Assembly (NCBI GenBank): GCA_013265495.1
Contig: MU058463.1
Location: 1,511,523-1,575,522, forward strand
DNA: 64,000 nucleotides
From: Vicugna vicugna
Taxonomy: Eukaryota
Direction: 5' to 3'
Below, one piece after another: positions 26,418 through 39,969 of this stretch. A program made the translations under genes and the position numbers. The notes under the pieces are model-generated. The model saw only the letters and a list, made by a program, of their open reading frames with translations, was not told the origin of the DNA and did no database searches. How positions within the stretch are numbered: position 1 is the first letter of the stretch; every line of letters starts with the position of its first letter.

Positions 26418-26834
26418 AAAGATTTGGAGTAGAGTGAGGAAAATTGTGCCAATCATCATTCTGGGATCTCTTTTCTGAGAGTTCAAAATTTGGAGAGTTT
26501 TCTTTTTCTCCCTGAGCTAAGAGAAGTGTCAGTTCTTTAATTTTAGGTAGTAAAAGGTGTGTAAGATCTTTGAGATATTAATTAAGGGTTATATAAAACT
26601 AGACAGGATGTGAGGAAAAGGGCTCAAAATTAAAATTTTATTAAGAAAGAACGTTTTCAACCTATAAATACAGGTTTTTGATAATTGAACTGAGACTACC
26701 TATGTGCTAAATTAAAGGCTATTATGGTATGTTGAAGCTAAAACATTGCATGAGAGCTTTAAACAATATAGTATCATAACTTTGGATTATATTAACTTGT
26801 AACAATTCGGGAAGAAGCTGAGAGAATGTACTAA

Positions 26835-27243
26835 TGTAAAGTGGCTGCAATAACTCCTACAACTGAATGGTTTCACACAATTAGAATTTAATTTTACGCT
26901 CCTAATATTCAGTGTAGGTGTTCCAAGTCCAGGCTAGCAGTCAACCAGGAAATCAGCTTCTAAGGCTTCAAGGTCACCCTCGGGTCTTCTTCAATACAGC
27001 CAGCCAGAAACGGAAAGGGCAAAAGGAGTGAACTGTGAGACAGTTTTATGGGGCAAGCCTGGAGGCAGAGTCATTTTGCTCTCATTCCACTGGCTACGAT
27101 GCAATCACATGACTAGACTGAGTTGGCAGGGGGGCTGCGAAGCATTCCCATGGGGAAACTGGGCAGGCTTCTCCCAGTGATACCTCTTCTTTGGAAAAGA
27201 CAATACACATTTTCGGGAAATAAATAGCCATCTCTTCCACAAC
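26835..27243 (-). mobile_element. MaLR (MLT1-type) LTR
   Basis: ttgctctcattccactggc...aatcacatg...catctcttccaca. Confidence 0.7.
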
Positions 27244-27404
27244 AGATATTTCTTTTCCTTATACAAAGTGAATATGTTAAATAAATTAATAATACAGACA
27301 AATTATAATTGAATGTTAAGTAAATTAAACCATTTTCAAGAATTGGAGAAAGCTGTATGATTATATCAGTGATTCATATACATATTAAAATAATCCTTAC
27401 CTCC

Positions 27405-28950
27405 TTTTATTTTATTGAGTTATAGTCAGTTTGCAATGTTGTGTCAATTTCCAGTGTAGAGCACAATTTTTCAGTTATACATGAACATACATATATTCAT
27501 TGTCACATTCTTTTTCACCGTGAGCTACCACAAGATCTTGTATATAATTCCTTGTGCTATACAGTATAAACTTGTTTAGCTATTTTATATAAACCTGTAA
27601 GTATCTACAAATTTCAAACTTCCAGTCTGTCCCTTCCCATCCCCCTCCGCCCGGCAACCACAAGTTTGTATTCTATGTCTATGAGTCTGTTTCTGTTTTA
27701 TATTTAAGTTCATTTGTCTTCTTCTTCTTCTTTTTTTTTTTTTAGATTTCACATATGAGTGATCTCATATGGCATTTTTCTTTCTCTTTCTGGCTTACTT
27801 CACTTAGAATGACATTCTCCAGGGACATCCATGTTGCTGCAAATGGCGTTATGTTGTCACTTTATGGCTGAATAGTATTCCATTCTATAAATACACCACA
27901 ACTTCTTTATCCAGTCATCTGTTGATGGACATTTAGGCTGTTTCCACATCTTGGCTATTGTAAATATTGCTGCTATGAACATTGGGGTGCAGGTGTCATC
28001 CTGAAGTAGGGTTCCTTCTGGATATATGCCCAGGAATGGGATTCCTGGGTCATATGGTAAGTCTATTCCTAGTCTTTTGAGGAATCTCCATACTGGTTTC
28101 CACAGTGGCTGCACCAACCTGCATTCCCACCAGCAGTGTAGGAGGGTTCCTTTTTCTCCACAGCCTCTCCAGCATTTGTCATTTGTGGACTTTTGAATGA
28201 TGGCCATTCTGGCTGGTGTGAGGTGATACCTCATTGTAGTTTTGATTTGCATTTCTCTGGTTATTAGTGATATGGAGCATTTTTTCATGTGCCTATTGAT
28301 CGTTCATATGACTTCATTGGAGAATTGCTTGTTTAGGTCTTCTGCCCATTTTTGGATTGAGTTGTTTGTTTTTCTCTTATTAAGTCATTTGAGCTGCTTA
28401 TATATTCTGGAGACTAAGCCTTTGTCAGTTTCACCTTTTGCAAAAATTTTCTCCCATTCCATAGGTTGTCGTTTTGTTTTGCTATGGTTTCCTTTGCTGT
28501 GCAAAAGCTTGTAAGTTTCATTAGGTCCCATTTATTTATTCTTGTTTTTATTTCTATTGCTATGGTAGACTGCCCTAGGAGAACATTTTTGAGATGTATG
28601 TAAGATGTTTTGCCTATGTTTTCTTCTAGGAGGTTTATTGCATCTTGTCTTATGTTTAAGTCTTTGATCCATTTAGAGTTGATTTTTGTGTATGGTGTAA
28701 GGGAGTGCTCTAGCTTCATTGATTTACATGCTACTGTCCAGTTTTCCCAACACGACTTGCTGAAGAGATTGTCTTTATTCAATTGTCTGTTCTTGCCTTC
28801 TTTGTCAAAGATTAATTGACGAAAAGTTTGTGGGTTCATTTCTGGGCTCTCTATTCTGTTCCATTGGTCCATATGTCTGTTTTTGTACCAATACCATGCT
28901 GTTTTGATTACTGTAGCTCTGTAGTATTTCTGAAGTCTGGGAGGGTTACT
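27405..28950 (-). mobile_element. Young 5'-truncated L1 (camelid type)
   Basis: ORFs 27857-28288 and 28414-28872 translate to L1 ORF2 ([10 protein letters not shown]...TPYTKINSKWIKDLNIR; CCHC region), followed by the 3' UTR. Confidence 0.97.
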
Positions 28951-29749
28951 CTAAATTTGTCTCCTTAACACTTCTACCAAAAGCAATCTACAAGTTCATC
29001 TCTCAGGAATGAAAAGCGCTAATATTTCAATCACTTAAAAAATTCATAATCAAAATATTTCATTTATTCATATCAGTCTTCTCCTATGCCACTAAAGTAA
29101 AACTCAGATACCTTATATACAAATGAAATCTGACTAAGTCTTGCCTCATCCCTGCCAAATATTTGTATACTTTTCAAGAGGATTATTAAAAAGACCATTG
29201 CACGTTATGTTTCTTCCTGCATGAAACTGTATCTATTTTCTCTGACCCAAGTAGATAAATGCAAGGAGGTAGGGATTATAGAAAATTTAAAGATCAAAAT
29301 TTAGAGTCAGACAAGTATATGGTCACACTGCCAGGAGCTGGAATAAATGACTTACAAATTGAGATTTCTGTTATGAAGTTCACTGCTCTTTCCAGTACAG
29401 CAAGCTGCCCTCTTAATTATTAATTTAGCAGTAATCATTTGCATTAACATATCTTCATTACAGATACCTACAAGTGGTCTGTTAAAAGAGAAAAATAAAT
29501 ACAAGATATGTGAAGAGTTTCATTTCTTGAAACAAAACCTAACATTTATACTTTGAACTAATTCAGAAAACATACTAACATTACTTTGTGAAGTGGACTT
29601 ATGCTGCATACATACGTGATTCTAGGACATTATCTTGTATAGATTTTAAAGAAAGAAAACAGCTGCAACCCTGTCTCCCTGCCTGCTATTGTGATGCTTA
29701 TTAATGGATCTGTTGACTTGTAGCAGTGGGGGGGCTGGCAGTTTTCATG

Positions 29750-29975
29750 ATCGCTAACATTGATTGAATACTTATAAACTGTGTGCCAGCTGCTGTGCTA
29801 AGTGCTTTATATGCCGTCTCATACTATTACTATTTCAAATTTATGGAAGAAGAAGCTGATATTTAAAGAAGTTAATCATCTTGCCCAAGACCACAGCAAT
29901 AGGAAGCAGGAGAGCTGAGATATAAACACAAATCTGCTTGACTACCTTCTATGCTCTTAACTGTTATGCTGTGTG
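29750..29975 (-). mobile_element. MIR SINE
   Basis: tgtgccagctgctgtgctaagtgcttt...gaagttaatcatcttgcccaagaccacagc. Confidence 0.85.
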
Positions 29976-30071
29976 ATCGTCACCAAAGGTACATCACTGC
30001 TTCCTACTCCATGCTAAGTACGGGTTTGAAAACAAAGAACTGACTTAATGAAAATGAGCAGAGACTAACGA

Positions 30072-30889
30072 CAGCATTCCCCTCTTATCTGTGAGGGATA
30101 CATTCCAAGACCCCAAGATGCCTGAAACCACAGATAGCATCGAGCCCTGTATACATCATGTTTTCTCCTGTACACACAGACCTATGATAAAAATTTAATT
30201 TACAAATTAGGCACAGTAAGAGGTTAACAACAGAAACTAATCATAAAATAGAACAATTATTACAAGATACTGTAATAAATGTTACATAAACGTGGTCCCC
30301 CTCTCTCAAAATATTTTATTGTACAAATTTAATGCTTTTTCCATCTTAACTAAGCACTCATCATGCACTGTGACTGTAACTTTTGTAGTCCGAAGTGCAA
30401 CAGCAAAACTAGCACAAATTTCTTTTCCCTTCTTCACAATTTCACAGACAGAAGATTGGTTCTTACTGTGGATCTTAGCAACAGCACCATATGTTTTTTT
30501 TCTTTCCACATTCAGTTGATAACTTTCACCTTTTCACTTAAAGGAAGCGCTTTAAGGCTTCTCTTTGGCATATCCAAATTGCCAACATTATTTTCCCTTT
30601 GGGGCCATTATTAAGTAGAACAAAGGTTACTTGAACGCAAGCACTGTGATACCAGGACAGTCAGTCTGATGACTGAGACAGCTGCTAAATGACTAATGGG
30701 CAGATTTGCTGGACAAAGGGATGATGTGAGTCTGGGGCAGGACAGAGCTGGACAGCACAAAATTTCATCACACTACTCAGAAAGGTGTGTAGTTTAAAAC
30801 TTATATATTGTTTATTTCTGGAATTTTCCACTTGATACTTTCAGATCACTTGCAGTTGACCACGGGTCGCAGATAAGGGGGGACTACGG
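30072..30889 (-). mobile_element. TcMar-Tigger non-autonomous element (MER44/Tigger7 family)
   Basis: Imperfect TIRs cagcattcccctcttatc / gataaggggggactacgg. Minus ORF 30306-30509 (YGAVAKIHSKNQSSVCEIVKKGKEICASFAVA...CLVKMEKALNLY) resembles a Tigger transposase N-terminal HTH. Confidence 0.9.
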
Positions 30890-30934
30890 TAGTACAAAGC
30901 TATAGGACAGAAGAGAGTAAAAGAAAATTAGGCA

Positions 30935-31130
30935 CTTTCACATCCATAATCTTATTTGATTTTTAACATCACAATCCTTGGAGATGGATAACGTTTTCCC
31001 TTTTACATCAGATGACTGAGACTTAAAGAAGTGGGAAGGTGTGTTCAGCAATATCACACAGCAAGTAAGAGGCAGAGCCAAGATGCAGACCCAGGCCTTT
31101 GGACTTGCATCACTACTCTTTTGCTGCACT
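30935..31130 (-). mobile_element. MIR SINE
   Basis: acatcacaatcct...ttttacatcagatgactgagactt...cacacagcaagtaagaggcagagcc. Confidence 0.75.
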
Positions 31131-33569
31131 AGGTGGACCTCGTAAAACACACTGTCTTTTCATTGAATATTTTTGTTTCGTTCCTTAGTACCTAAGTTTA
31201 CCTGGATTTCAATGCTTGTAATACATTAAATATGAATTTTCACTTACTTCTGAAACAAATCAACCAACCTAATTAAATGTTTCTTTGACAAGAAAAGAAT
31301 GAAGATGCTTGTCAAAAGCCAAGTCTATGTCTTGCGGTGATGGCTTTTATTAATATGGTCCCCCAAAAAAGACAGGGTGAAGGAGGCATGTACAACCCTG
31401 AAGGTTCATTTCTACCATTCTGACATATGATAGAAAGCATCATCTTATTCTTTCAAAGAAGAATAAGAATATGAAAAATAAAACTTTGAACAGGAAACAA
31501 ATGCAATGATTGCAAAAACAGTAACAAGGTCACAGTTATGTAATTGGGACTAAAAGTGATTACATGCACAAGTGGTTTAAGAAACTTGTGCACTCAAAGT
31601 GTATTCTGGGGTGCATTGTGAGAAAACGAAATATCCCCATAATATGAAAGTCTGAGGAGAGAGTGGATTGCCCAATAGTAATAAGAATATCAAGAAATAC
31701 AATATTTAGGATGGGAGAAGAGATGGAGGAGATTGTGTAGCTATGAGAAGAATTTTAGGAAGATATAGGACCCCGAATGTTAGAAAACTATAGCAAAATG
31801 AAAAACTTTCTTTAACTGATTGAAGAGAGAGCTTAGAAGCTGGGAACAAACATGATCACTACAAGGAAATTTGCAAGAGGACTAACAAGTAAAAACTTAG
31901 ACTCAATTTTTTAAAAGAATGATGAAAAATCAGGAACTAATAACCCACCCAAAAAAAGTAAATGAGATGGAAAGGTAGTTTTAGAAACTTTTATTTTTAT
32001 TCTGACATTCTAATTTAAACTTAGCCATTTGAGAAAAACAGTTTTGTTTAGAAGTAGTGCTAAAAAAAGAAATAAACTATATAATACAAACACATTTTTA
32101 TCTTCTCAGTTTCATCACTAATTCATATGGTAACCAAATATATACCCAGTAATGGACTCACACTGTGACAAAAGAGAGAAAAATCAGGTAATAAGAGTGA
32201 TGCTATGGAAGTCTACATTTCGAAGGCTGCATATAACATTTTCCAGTAATGCACAAACATAAAACTTGTAAAAATGTATCTCTAGTAATACCTCCTTTGT
32301 TGTTTTTCCAGACAATTGGGCAACAGAAATGTCATTTGATCCATGGTTAAGTTCTTGAGAGAACCAGAAACATAATGGGCTCCAAAACACCTTAAACCAC
32401 TGGCACCATGAACACTTCCTGCCTAATTCTGTTGGACAACAGAGACACAGTGAGCCCTGTAATTACATCCCAGCCTGATCTATGCTTGCAGTCATGTAAT
32501 TAATACTTCCTCTGTAAAGCAATGGAATAATTTAAAGAGCAGATATTTTTCAACCATGGCCTGAAAAAATCTCTAAGAGGAGAATACATGTGTATTTTAG
32601 CTATGTGCAGACTCTTCTGGGATTCCATTCGCTAAGAGAAATTGTAACCAGATTCTCAGAGCTTTCATTGTACCAAGAGATGAAAATGATACTTCCTTCC
32701 TGCTAATGACTATAGTGGGAGGTGGAATCAAGGGTGACGGGAGCCTATATTTATTCCATGAGGTTTTATGAAGATGGTAAACATAATCTCAGTTCCTGGC
32801 TACCTGAGCCACCCTAGCATGGTGCCAACCACATTTGCAGAGCTCAGTCAGGAAATCGGTGCAGAAATCTGGCTCCAGGGACTAGACCTTAACTTACACG
32901 ACAGAAATAAAACACTGCACTCCTGCAAATCTATAGTGACTTTCCAAATCCTTTCATAGTTTCTGATGTCCATTTGTAAAGAGGCACAATCACAAATGTA
33001 GATCCTTCAGAACTCAAAGATACATAAAGCTGTGTTGTAACATGAAAGTAGAGAACAGAGTAAGAGTGAGAATGTAAACTAACAATATAGATTTTACCAA
33101 GAAAGCTGCATTTTCAACAACTGTTCAAATTTTAAATATTTTTGGTTTTTTTCTTTTAAATAGCTCACACATATGCCCAGAAAAATTCTATATTTTCAAA
33201 GTCCTTTTCCATCCCCATCCAAATCCAAAACAAATTTCATCTTTGTCATCTTGTCAAATGCTTTTATTTGATAATTAAAATATACAAAGAATGGTGCTTA
33301 TCTACACACAGGGCCAGTCACTGGCTGTTCTCTCTTCCCCAGACACTCTCCAACTCACTCTTTACCACACTAAACACACTGATTTCCGACAACAGTGAGG
33401 TCTCCCTGGACCACTCCTCTACTTCTCTATCACATCACCCTGTTCATAGCCTACATAATACCTCAAGATCTTTAAACATTCTGTTTATTGATTTGTCTGC
33501 ATGTGAAATACAAAAAATGAAATAAAATTCTGAAAATGAAGAAGCAAGGAAACAGCTGAGGGAATAACA

Positions 33570-33893
33570 TCTTGGCCTGCTGGCGCTTCCATACAAAATA
33601 TCACAGACCAGGTGACAAATAACAGAAATCCCTTTTCTCGCAAAAATTCTCAAGGCTAGGAAGTGTAAGCTCAAAGTGCAGGCCAATTTCATTTCTTGTG
33701 GGCAATCTCTACCTGGCTGTATTCTCACTTCCTCTTCTTGTAAGACCACTAATTCTGTCATGAAGGCCCTATCTTCACAACCCAGTCGAACCCTAATTAC
33801 CTCCCAAAGGCCTCCTCTCAAATGACAACATATTGGGAGTTAGAGTTTCAACCCCCAATGAATTTGAGGGTGCACAAACATTCAGCTGATAAA
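33570..33893 (-). mobile_element. MaLR (MLT1-type) LTR
   Basis: acaaaatatcacagacc...ccctaattacctcccaaaggcc...aatttgagggtgcacaaacattcag. Confidence 0.85.
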
Positions 33894-35476
33894 GATGCTA
33901 GATTTGGGTCCCCTTAACAGAGTAGAAACAACAACAACAAAAAATGGTTATTTTACTGGATTACCCTTATATTTATCACAGAAATAATGTTTTGTCCTGG
34001 TAGGACAATACAGTTCTCAGTTACTACTAGCTAACATTCATTTTCAGAGCAAGTTGACTTATGCATCTTCACTTCGGTGGCTTGATGGGTTCCATTTCAT
34101 AGTCATAAACTCAATTGATTGGCTCATAAATTATAGAAGCTCTTAATTCTAATCTAAGAATTATGCCAAGAGAAACATAAAATGTTAAGGTAATATATGA
34201 CTCTGCATGAATATTTAAAGGTAATAAGCCAGATTTATATTCTGTGAAACACAAAATAAAAATCTTAACAAAAGAACAAAATGATTGATAGGACACATCA
34301 AAACACACCATCTTTTTGGCACAATGATTCTGAGCGCTCATATAAATAGTCCCCTGTTCTGCAGGCAAGCCCACAGAAGAGGGAGTCCCTCTCCATTGGA
34401 GATCACTTCATTTTTTCCATTAGAAAAGAGCAATTGGGGATTTTAAACATACTTTTGGCTTAGGAACTCTGACATTTAATGTATGTTCCAATTTGCAAAA
34501 ACTAGAAACACAAAATAGGCCAATGGCCCAAGTCCAAGTAGACTCAATTTTCCAGAGTCCAAAACTAAAGCATAGAAACAATAAGGAAACGCTCCCAAAA
34601 ATTACCAAGAGTAAGGGATATCTGAATTGACCACTTTATTCATTGAACTCATCATTTTTCATTTCCTTTAATTATTAGTGTTACCTCACAGAGTGAATTC
34701 ACTTTGAAATGATAAAAAAAATTTTTTGGAAAATGTGTTAGACTGACTAGTAATCGTGCCCAAATGTATACTGTAAAAAATATTCATTGTCATCAGCCTC
34801 CTATGGGCATGTTAACAGATGAATAAATACATGAGTCAACAGCCACATCATTGATTCATCTGACTTTTTCTAGGTAGATACAAGCTATCTACAAAGCACT
34901 GGGCTACAAACCATATTCAAATACTATTTAGGAAATAAATAACTGCAGGTAAAAATGGGAATGTTTGCCCAGAGATTGTTTTGAGGATTCAGAAGTTCTT
35001 CACAGTCTTCTCAAGTGTACAAGCAATGTTCCCCAGTTAAAGAAAGAAAAGTGTGAAAGTTTCATCCAGATCGCAGCAGAAGACAGGCACATGCACTGCA
35101 GTTGCACAGAAAGAAGAAAGCTATCAACACAGTCCTCTCTTGACTCTGCAGCCAACCCCGCAGAGGCAGATTTTGATTGAAGGGCAGTGCAAGGCGGTAG
35201 GATTCTCTACCAACGATTATATAAATCATCTCATTCCTCATCTTCCATTTGAATAAGTTCTGCAACTCCCATAGGACTACCATATGAAGTATACTTACGC
35301 ACTCTCATAACATTCAATATTTTTCTCTTCTCCAAATTTCCATGGCACTATTCTCTATTCTTTTGTTTACCTTTCTAGTTCTTGGATAGATCTGTTTCTG
35401 TTTCCACTATAGCATATTCTTGCAATTCATCCTTTTTTGAATATTGAGGTTTCCCTCTCAAAGAATCACATCATCT

Positions 35477-35994
35477 AGATGTATGCCCAGGAGTGGGATG
35501 CTGGATCACAGCAGCACTATTTACAATAGCCGAGACATGGAAGCAACCTAAATGCCCACTAAGAGAGGACTGGATAAAGAAGTTGTGATACACACACACA
35601 CACACACACACACATATTTACAATATTGTTCTATTCAGCCATAAAAAGAATTAAATGATGCCATTTGCAGCAACATGGATGGACCTGAAGATTGTCATCC
35701 TAAGTGAAGTAAGCCAGAAAGAGAAATAAAAATACCATATGATATCACTTATATATGTAGAATTTTAAAAATGACACCAATGAACTTATTTACAAAACAG
35801 AAACAGACTCACAGATGCAGAAAACAAACTTATGGTTGCCAAGGGAGAAGTGGGGTGGGGAGGGACAAATTGGGAGTTCAGGATTTGCAGATACTATTAT
35901 ATATAAAATAGACAAACAATAAGTCCTACTGTATAGCACAGGGAACTATATTTACTACCTTATAATAGCCTATAATAAAAAAGAACATGAACAG

Positions 35995-36045
<51 letters not shown>

Positions 36046-36095
36046 TATATATATATATATAAAAAAATCACTATACTATACCCCAGAAAAAACCA
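35477..36095 (+). mobile_element. 5'-truncated L1 with a short 5' inversion; internal (CA)n and (TA)n
   Basis: 35477-35508 is inverted L1 sequence. Plus-strand cacagcagcactatttacaatagcc then runs through the 3' UTR. Confidence 0.93.
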
Positions 36096-38014
36096 AAGTC
36101 AAAATCTGTACCTTCAGAAACTTCTAGCTCCTCTGTTTCCTGTGCTTTGTCAATCATACCATCAACCACTCAGAAAAACACTAACCTGAAATCTGAGAGA
36201 GTCTGTACTTCTTCCTCCCTTCATCTTCCAATGAGAGGTCAGATTCTGTTGATGAAAACTTCTCCAGCATCCCTCGGAGGCCTTGGTTTAAACTCTCACT
36301 ATTATTTTTCACTTACATATTGAAACAATGTTTACTCGCTATCAATTACTTACCAGACATTATGCTAACTGAAAAATGAAAAATTGCTTAATAGTGTTTA
36401 CACCAGGAGAAACAGACAAGCAAATGTGAAATCATATAATAACCTTATTTTTAAATGGTATTTCTTCCTTAAATTCTCCCTAGCCTTCTATTCTCTCCTT
36501 GACACTGTCTGTTTTCTCATCATGACCTTCCCCAATCTACCCAAAATCTTCCAGTCATTTCTTATAATCTACAAATCAGCAAGAGTTCTGAATGGGATTT
36601 AAGTGAATTTAAATGAACTTAAATCCTAGAAAAAGAATTTAAATTTTTCTGAGAAAACTAAGGGACAGGTAAATTGCAGTCCCTGTGAGACTTAGGCTCT
36701 GAAAATGGAAAAGCAGAGATGCCAAAGCTGGGTGTGAACCAATGTCATAAAATGGGGAGAATGAGGGTGCTGTCTCCTGGAAGCCAGGACCGCAGGTCAA
36801 AAGAAGGAAAGTTACGGCAGAGCAAAAATAAGCAAGTAAAGCAGCAAAACGGAGCTCTCGGGGAAATCAGAGACTTATGGCTGCAGCATTTGATAAGGAA
36901 ATAAGTCAGGGAAACTGGGAAATGATTACGAGTGTTCAGCAGCGCTGCTAAAGGCGGGTTCTCTGTGGAAGACTGGCAATCTGCCGAGTATACGCGATCC
37001 TCAGCCTGCCTGCAAGAAGCAGAGCTCTGTCCTGAGGCACACTCTTTAGGAAATATTCTGCACTGCCATTATCCAAAAAAAAAAAAAGTCTTGAACCTAG
37101 AATTATAAACAGAGGTTCCTAGACTACCCAGCAGATTGTATTTCCCAGGTTTCTGGACAGCGGTTGTAGCCAAGAGGACAGTAATGCTCTCAAGAAGGCA
37201 GACCCAGACCTTTGGCATTCTAAGTATCCTTAAATTCGTACAGTGAGTATCTGTATCTTATATATGTCAGTATTACAGTGACATATGTCATTTGCCTCCT
37301 TTATTAAAAACAAAGTTGCAGTATGTCAGGGACTATGCCTTGATATCAGTACAGAACTGAGAATACTGCTTTCCACAGAGAAGACCCTTAAAAAAATGTG
37401 TCAGAATGCTAGGAAGTATGAAGCTGGATCATAAGAGCTTCTTTTACAGACAACAGTGAACTGGATTTATGCAGGGGGATGGGCAAAATTCATTTGACAA
37501 CTTGGTGATTCTAATAAGATATTCAAAATCACTGGGATTATTTAGGTATGAGGTAAACTGAGTAATCAAACCTCATATATAAACTTATTTCATCAACTGT
37601 CTTTTTCAACTTATTAAAAAAAAAATATTAGTCTCAAAGCCTAAAAGGTTTCTAAGTATCTCTTAATAGTTTCAGTAGTTTTACTTTGACTATTTGCTTT
37701 CCTTAAAAGTTAACCATAATTGCTTTTAAATATCTTTATGAAGATTTACAAATTTGCCTGTGTTCAAATTGACATCTCTCCAAATGAGATCTATAAAATA
37801 AGGTATAATTTCCATTTATCAGAAATAATTTGGTGGCAATGACAGGTACTCAATAAGAATAAATTTTAAAGGAACTTTTTATTGGAAAAATACTGGGTTA
37901 TCTTGCAGAACAACCAAGCTGCAGGCAAAGCAGAGAACTAAGAATTCAAATAATTCAAATGACATCATGACTATCCATCTCTCTTCTAAGCTGACTTTCT
38001 GGGTCAGCTTAATA

Positions 38015-38135
38015 ACTCTCCCTCTCTCTCTCCACATGTCTCTCTCTCTCTCTCTCTCTGCATGTTTCTCTCTCTCTCTTTCTTTGCCCTCTCACCCTCA
38101 CTATCATTCTTCTGCTCTCATTCTCTCTCTCTCAT
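38015..38135. repeat. (CT)n low-complexity tract within an L2-like remnant
   Basis: Several ctctctct runs. Confidence 0.85.
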
Positions 38136-39221
38136 TCTTTCTACTGTCCCTCTCCCAACTCAACCCCCACCAGAGAATCCATCTTTGCTCTTCTAGCCAA
38201 TGAGGCATGACAAATGTCCATTTGCAACTGTTGATCTTTTTACAAATTAAAACTGTAGCCAAAATAAATGCACCTAGTAACAAGAAAATACTAGAGAAGG
38301 AATGCACTGGCAAACTCTGACCATGTTACCCATCGTTAGATCAATCAATCTGAGGCTAAGAGAGTGGGTTACTGTAAGTTTTCCAGTATGAAATTAATCA
38401 ACTATTATGTGGTAAATGGCGTCTCTAGGACAGTGAAGTGGAGGTAAGGCACAGGTTTCAGCTGAAAAGACAGGGCTTCTGGGCAAACATGCATAAGTTC
38501 TATGTTTTCAGGAAAGAAATATTTATCAGGTATTTGTCCAGTTAATGTTTTTAAAAGCAGATTAAAAAAATTAATGTGACACCCACATGTTCAGATATCA
38601 TATACATTGATACTCAGTAACTTGAGCATAAATTTCAACAGTCTCTCCCTTGAATGAAGTCCGGGTTGCTAACAAACCTTCTACCCTATTTTATTTCTAT
38701 TGTTATTTATTTAATGTTCCCAGTACTGTAACAAAACTTAAAACAGTGTTTAACTTCTTTGTGTGAAGTAATTTTTTTTGTCTAAATGTTTTCAATAAGT
38801 AGTAGTTCTCTTTAAAGTAAATGAAATGATCACACCATGAAATTTAAATTGATCTTTATGAATGAGAATGATTTTCTCCACTCATTGTCTAGAACAGTGC
38901 TTCAAAGAAGTGGTAAAATAGCAGGAATACACTTAATAGGATAATGGCCTCATTAAAGGATAATTTTAAAAACACATTCATGTTAAAATCCCATCCAAAT
39001 TCTGTAGAATTTGTACTAACCTTTTCAAAAGAATTTTAAATAAAATAGTATATACTGGAGTAAGATTTTTAAAAAAATCTATACAAAAGAATATTACATT
39101 TCTTTGTCATATTATTCACAGGTTTTGTATGATTATTATAATTCCAGAATATTCCAAAATTAAATAAATTGTCACATAAATACAAAGACTATAAACAAAT
39201 TAAATTTTGAGTTAAAAGTAA

Positions 39222-39388
39222 TAGAGTTGACACTTGAACAACACAGGGTTTGAACTGCATAGTTCCACTTAGACCCTGAATTTTTTCAACAGTAAATACT
39301 TTGGCACTACACGATCCAAGTTTGGTTGATTCTGAGAATGCAGAGCCTGGGGTACGGAGGGCCAACTGTAAAGTTATACTCATATTTT
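39222..39388 (+). mobile_element. Tigger2-derived MITE fragment (one end missing)
   Basis: agttgacacttgaacaacacagggtttgaactgc matches the Tigger2/MER8-type terminus; it ends aagttatactcatattttc. Confidence 0.8.
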
Positions 39389-39497
39389 CTTTTTCAAAAC
39401 ATTTTTTATTGAGTTATAGTCATTTTACAATGTTGTGTCAAATTCCAGTGTAGAGCACAATTTTTCAGTTATACATGAACATGCATATATACATTCA
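39389..39497 (-). mobile_element. Short young L1 3' end
   Basis: aacattttttattgagttatagtcattttacaatgttgtgtcaaattccagtgtagagcac, same family as 22935 and 27405. Confidence 0.93.
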
Positions 39498-39969
39498 AAA
39501 CTTGAAGTGCTTTCAAATATTTTCTTTAACTATCCTGAGTAACGGAGAGGAGGCTATTTGGTTCCACTCCATGGGCTCCTAGCTGGATTTCCATTCTAGT
39601 CCAGGTTCCATCCCAAGCTGGCCTAAGAAGAAAAATGGGGCCTCAGAATGGGCAGGAATTTCCTGGCTGGGTCGGTCTTTCACTATCTTTCAAGTAGAGT
39701 CCAGTCCCGGGGCTGCTGGCTGATGATGCCTGGCAGAAGACAGCAAGTGAAGACATCCTTGCAAGCTGCCCCCCACACCCTCTGCAGGCTACAGGCACCT
39801 TTGCTTAACAGACTCATAAACACTGACAAACAAAATGCTCTTTCTAAAAACTAAATGATAGGTTCAAAGAGTTTTAACCTCTCAATCTTCTTTATCAGAC
39901 TTTGTAAGGAATAGAAGGTTGGAGGGAATGGAAAAGAATGTGCAGAAGAAAACCTCATCTCCACCATCA

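Noticed and set aside
27857..28872. Longest real ORFs as a host gene
   Set aside because: Frameshifted L1 ORF2 remnants in a 5'-truncated element.
30306..30509. Active or domesticated transposase
   Set aside because: Only a short N-terminal relic in an ~820-bp internally deleted element; no catalytic domain.
36354..36368. 15-nt minus-strand micro-exon (ttcag|TTAGCATAATGTCTG|gtaagt)
   Set aside because: It appears to lie within a degenerate L2 end; no other support.
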